This document shows, piece after piece, positions 53,935 to 54,754 of a stretch of 54,754 nt of DNA. The notes beneath the pieces were generated by a model. That model worked only from the letters and a program-made list of their open reading frames with translations. It ran no database searches and was not told the origin of the DNA. The stretch is taken from contig JARYMK010000002.1 of assembly GCA_029907165.1 (NCBI GenBank), forward strand, positions 1 through 54,754, written 5' to 3'. Numbering within the stretch: position 1 is the stretch's first letter; each line of letters opens with the position of its first letter. This stretch comes from Anaerolineae bacterium. Its GTDB lineage: Bacteria; Chloroflexota; Anaerolineae; DTLA01. Position numbers and translations under genes: made by a program.

Positions 53935-54105
53935 TGAGGTTCTACGGGCGCTCTGGGAGAGCGTGCCGGAGGCGAGCATACCAGAAGATTTCCGCAAATG
54001 CAACCTTTGGGGCGGGTTATGCGGATTCCGTCTAAGATACTCAGGTAGGGGATAAGGATGGAGTCCGTATAAAAAATAGTTAGGCACCCCCGGGGAGCAT
54101 CTTTT
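53935..54105 (+). ncRNA. Unassigned transcribed region (long 5' leader or small RNA) downstream of the 53901 promoter
   Basis: No ORF with an RBS. Local hairpins CGCTC-tggga-GAGCG and TCCGCA...TGCGGA. Ends with a weak CCCC/GGGG stem and a TCTTTT run next to the ATG at 54106. Confidence 0.25.
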
Positions 54106-54294
54106 ATGGCCAAAATTCCCGAATTTGATGAAGCAGTACTTCGAAAAATCTGCGACATACTTGGTGATACTCATACCGGCTTAACGGGATCGAAGATTGG
54201 GCAGCTGTTGCACGATTGTGGCATAGATGATCCGTTTCCAAGTATGACAAAACGCCATCGACTATTTAACCAATGGTGCTACTTCACAGACTGA
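54106..54294 (+). pseudogene. 5' fragment of a TIGR02391 (Hypoth_Ymh)/Abi-like gene truncated by IS insertion
   Basis: MAKIPEFDEAVLRKICDILGDTHTGLTGSKIGQLLHDCGIDDPFPSMTKRHRLFN resembles the N-terminal region of that family from memory. The last residues QWCYFTD run into the IS end. Low GC. Confidence 0.4.
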
Positions 54295-54754
54295 ACTCGG
54301 CGATGGACAGCCGGACAAAACCGTCCTTGTCTGGCTGAAGGCCATTCCATTGCACCAGGATATTGAATGCCGCCATCGTGAAACCGAGCCGTGCACGAAA
54401 GTACTCCCAGACGCGATGCGCGACTTTCTTGAAATGGCAGACGGTGGTCAACATGGACAGGACTGTCTCGATCACCATACGGACGTTCCATTGGCCCCGT
54501 TGGCATATCTTCAGGTTCGGCGGGTCTCCCTCTTTCGCATGGAACCCGCAGTCGCCCAAGACCACCATTTCGTCCTGAAACTGAGCGATCAGGGGCTGAA
54601 AAGCACTGTCGTGGACGTTGGCGGTGTCGCATGTCCAACCGACGACCAGCCCAAGTCGGTTGACAACAAAGGCGAGTTTGCCACCCACGATCCAACGGTA
54701 GTTTGACTTGCCTTTTTTGGCGTGAGGTTGGCCCCATTCTTTGGACCACGGATC
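54270..54754 (-). mobile_element. Partial insertion sequence (one end only; boundary approximate)
   Basis: Transposase CDS plus abrupt loss of the interrupted gene reading frame near 54270-54290. Confidence 0.55.
54284..54754 (-). CDS. DDE transposase, C-terminal part (IS982/IS4-IS5 superfamily-like), gene continues beyond the right edge
   Basis: Frame open from 54754: DPWSKEWGQPHAKKGKSNYRWIVGGKLAFVVN...TANVHD...VLGDCGF...RMVIETVLSMLTTVCHFKKVAHR (D, D and E-region pattern). Confidence 0.7.
   Translation of the reverse strand, partial: DPWSKEWGQPHAKKGKSNYRWIVGGKLAFVVNRLGLVVGWTCDTANVHDSAFQPLIAQFQDEMVVLGDCGFHAKEGDPPNLKICQRGQWNVRMVIETVLSMLTTVCHFKKVAHRVWEYFRARLGFTMAAFNILVQWNGLQPDKDGFVRLSIAEFSL

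Noticed and set aside
53948-54060. CTCTGGGAGAG ... CTCAGG resembling glycine-riboswitch landmarks
   Set aside because: The conserved ACCGAAGGGGCAA-type core is missing, and the downstream gene is unrelated to glycine metabolism. Kept only as an unassigned RNA candidate.
54709-54720. A AAA AAG-like slippery run (CCAAAAAAGG on minus strand) in the transposase gene, suggesting an orfA-orfB frameshift
   Set aside because: The frame containing the DDE motifs is already open and protein-like upstream of the run (DPWSKEWGQPHAKKGKSNYRW). The alternative frame looks non-coding. IS982/IS4-like transposases are single-ORF.

Overview
GC-rich (roughly two-thirds G+C by eye) chromosomal segment. Gene content looks like a monoderm-like, high-GC lineage such as Chloroflexota; this is an inference from the FemX, TagO/WecA-like GT4, YvcK, PrsA-like lipoprotein, DUF3048 and DinG-exonuclease fusion genes. 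About 46 real CDS are mostly housekeeping: ftcD, tungsten AOR, maf, folC, porGDAB, upp, guaA-xpt, dnaX-ybaB-recR, pgk, yvcK and dinG. There is also a three-tRNA operon (Pro-Gly-Met). The many long ORFs antisense to or overlapping these genes are high-GC artefacts. Intergenic regions carry near-consensus sigma70-type promoters and at least three families of dispersed palindromic repeats. Most interesting items: (1) a same-strand cluster at 10.3-15.4 kb (ArsR, Fe-S protein, triple-thioredoxin-CcdA fusion, membrane-anchored metallophosphoesterase-like protein, YqeB-family selenium-system protein). The metallophosphoesterase gene is interrupted by one in-frame TGA right after Cys-Gly, followed by SECIS-like hairpins, so it is a candidate selenoprotein within a possible extracytoplasmic thiol/selenol redox module. 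(2) An A10 run at the ChlI/vWA domain junction of an orphan Mg-chelatase-like gene, with stops close by in both alternative frames, suggesting programmed slippage. (3) A lower-GC accessory edge after 53.8 kb with divergent consensus promoters, an unassigned roughly 170-nt transcribed region, a truncated Abi-like gene and a partial IS. No CRISPR array or rRNA was seen.
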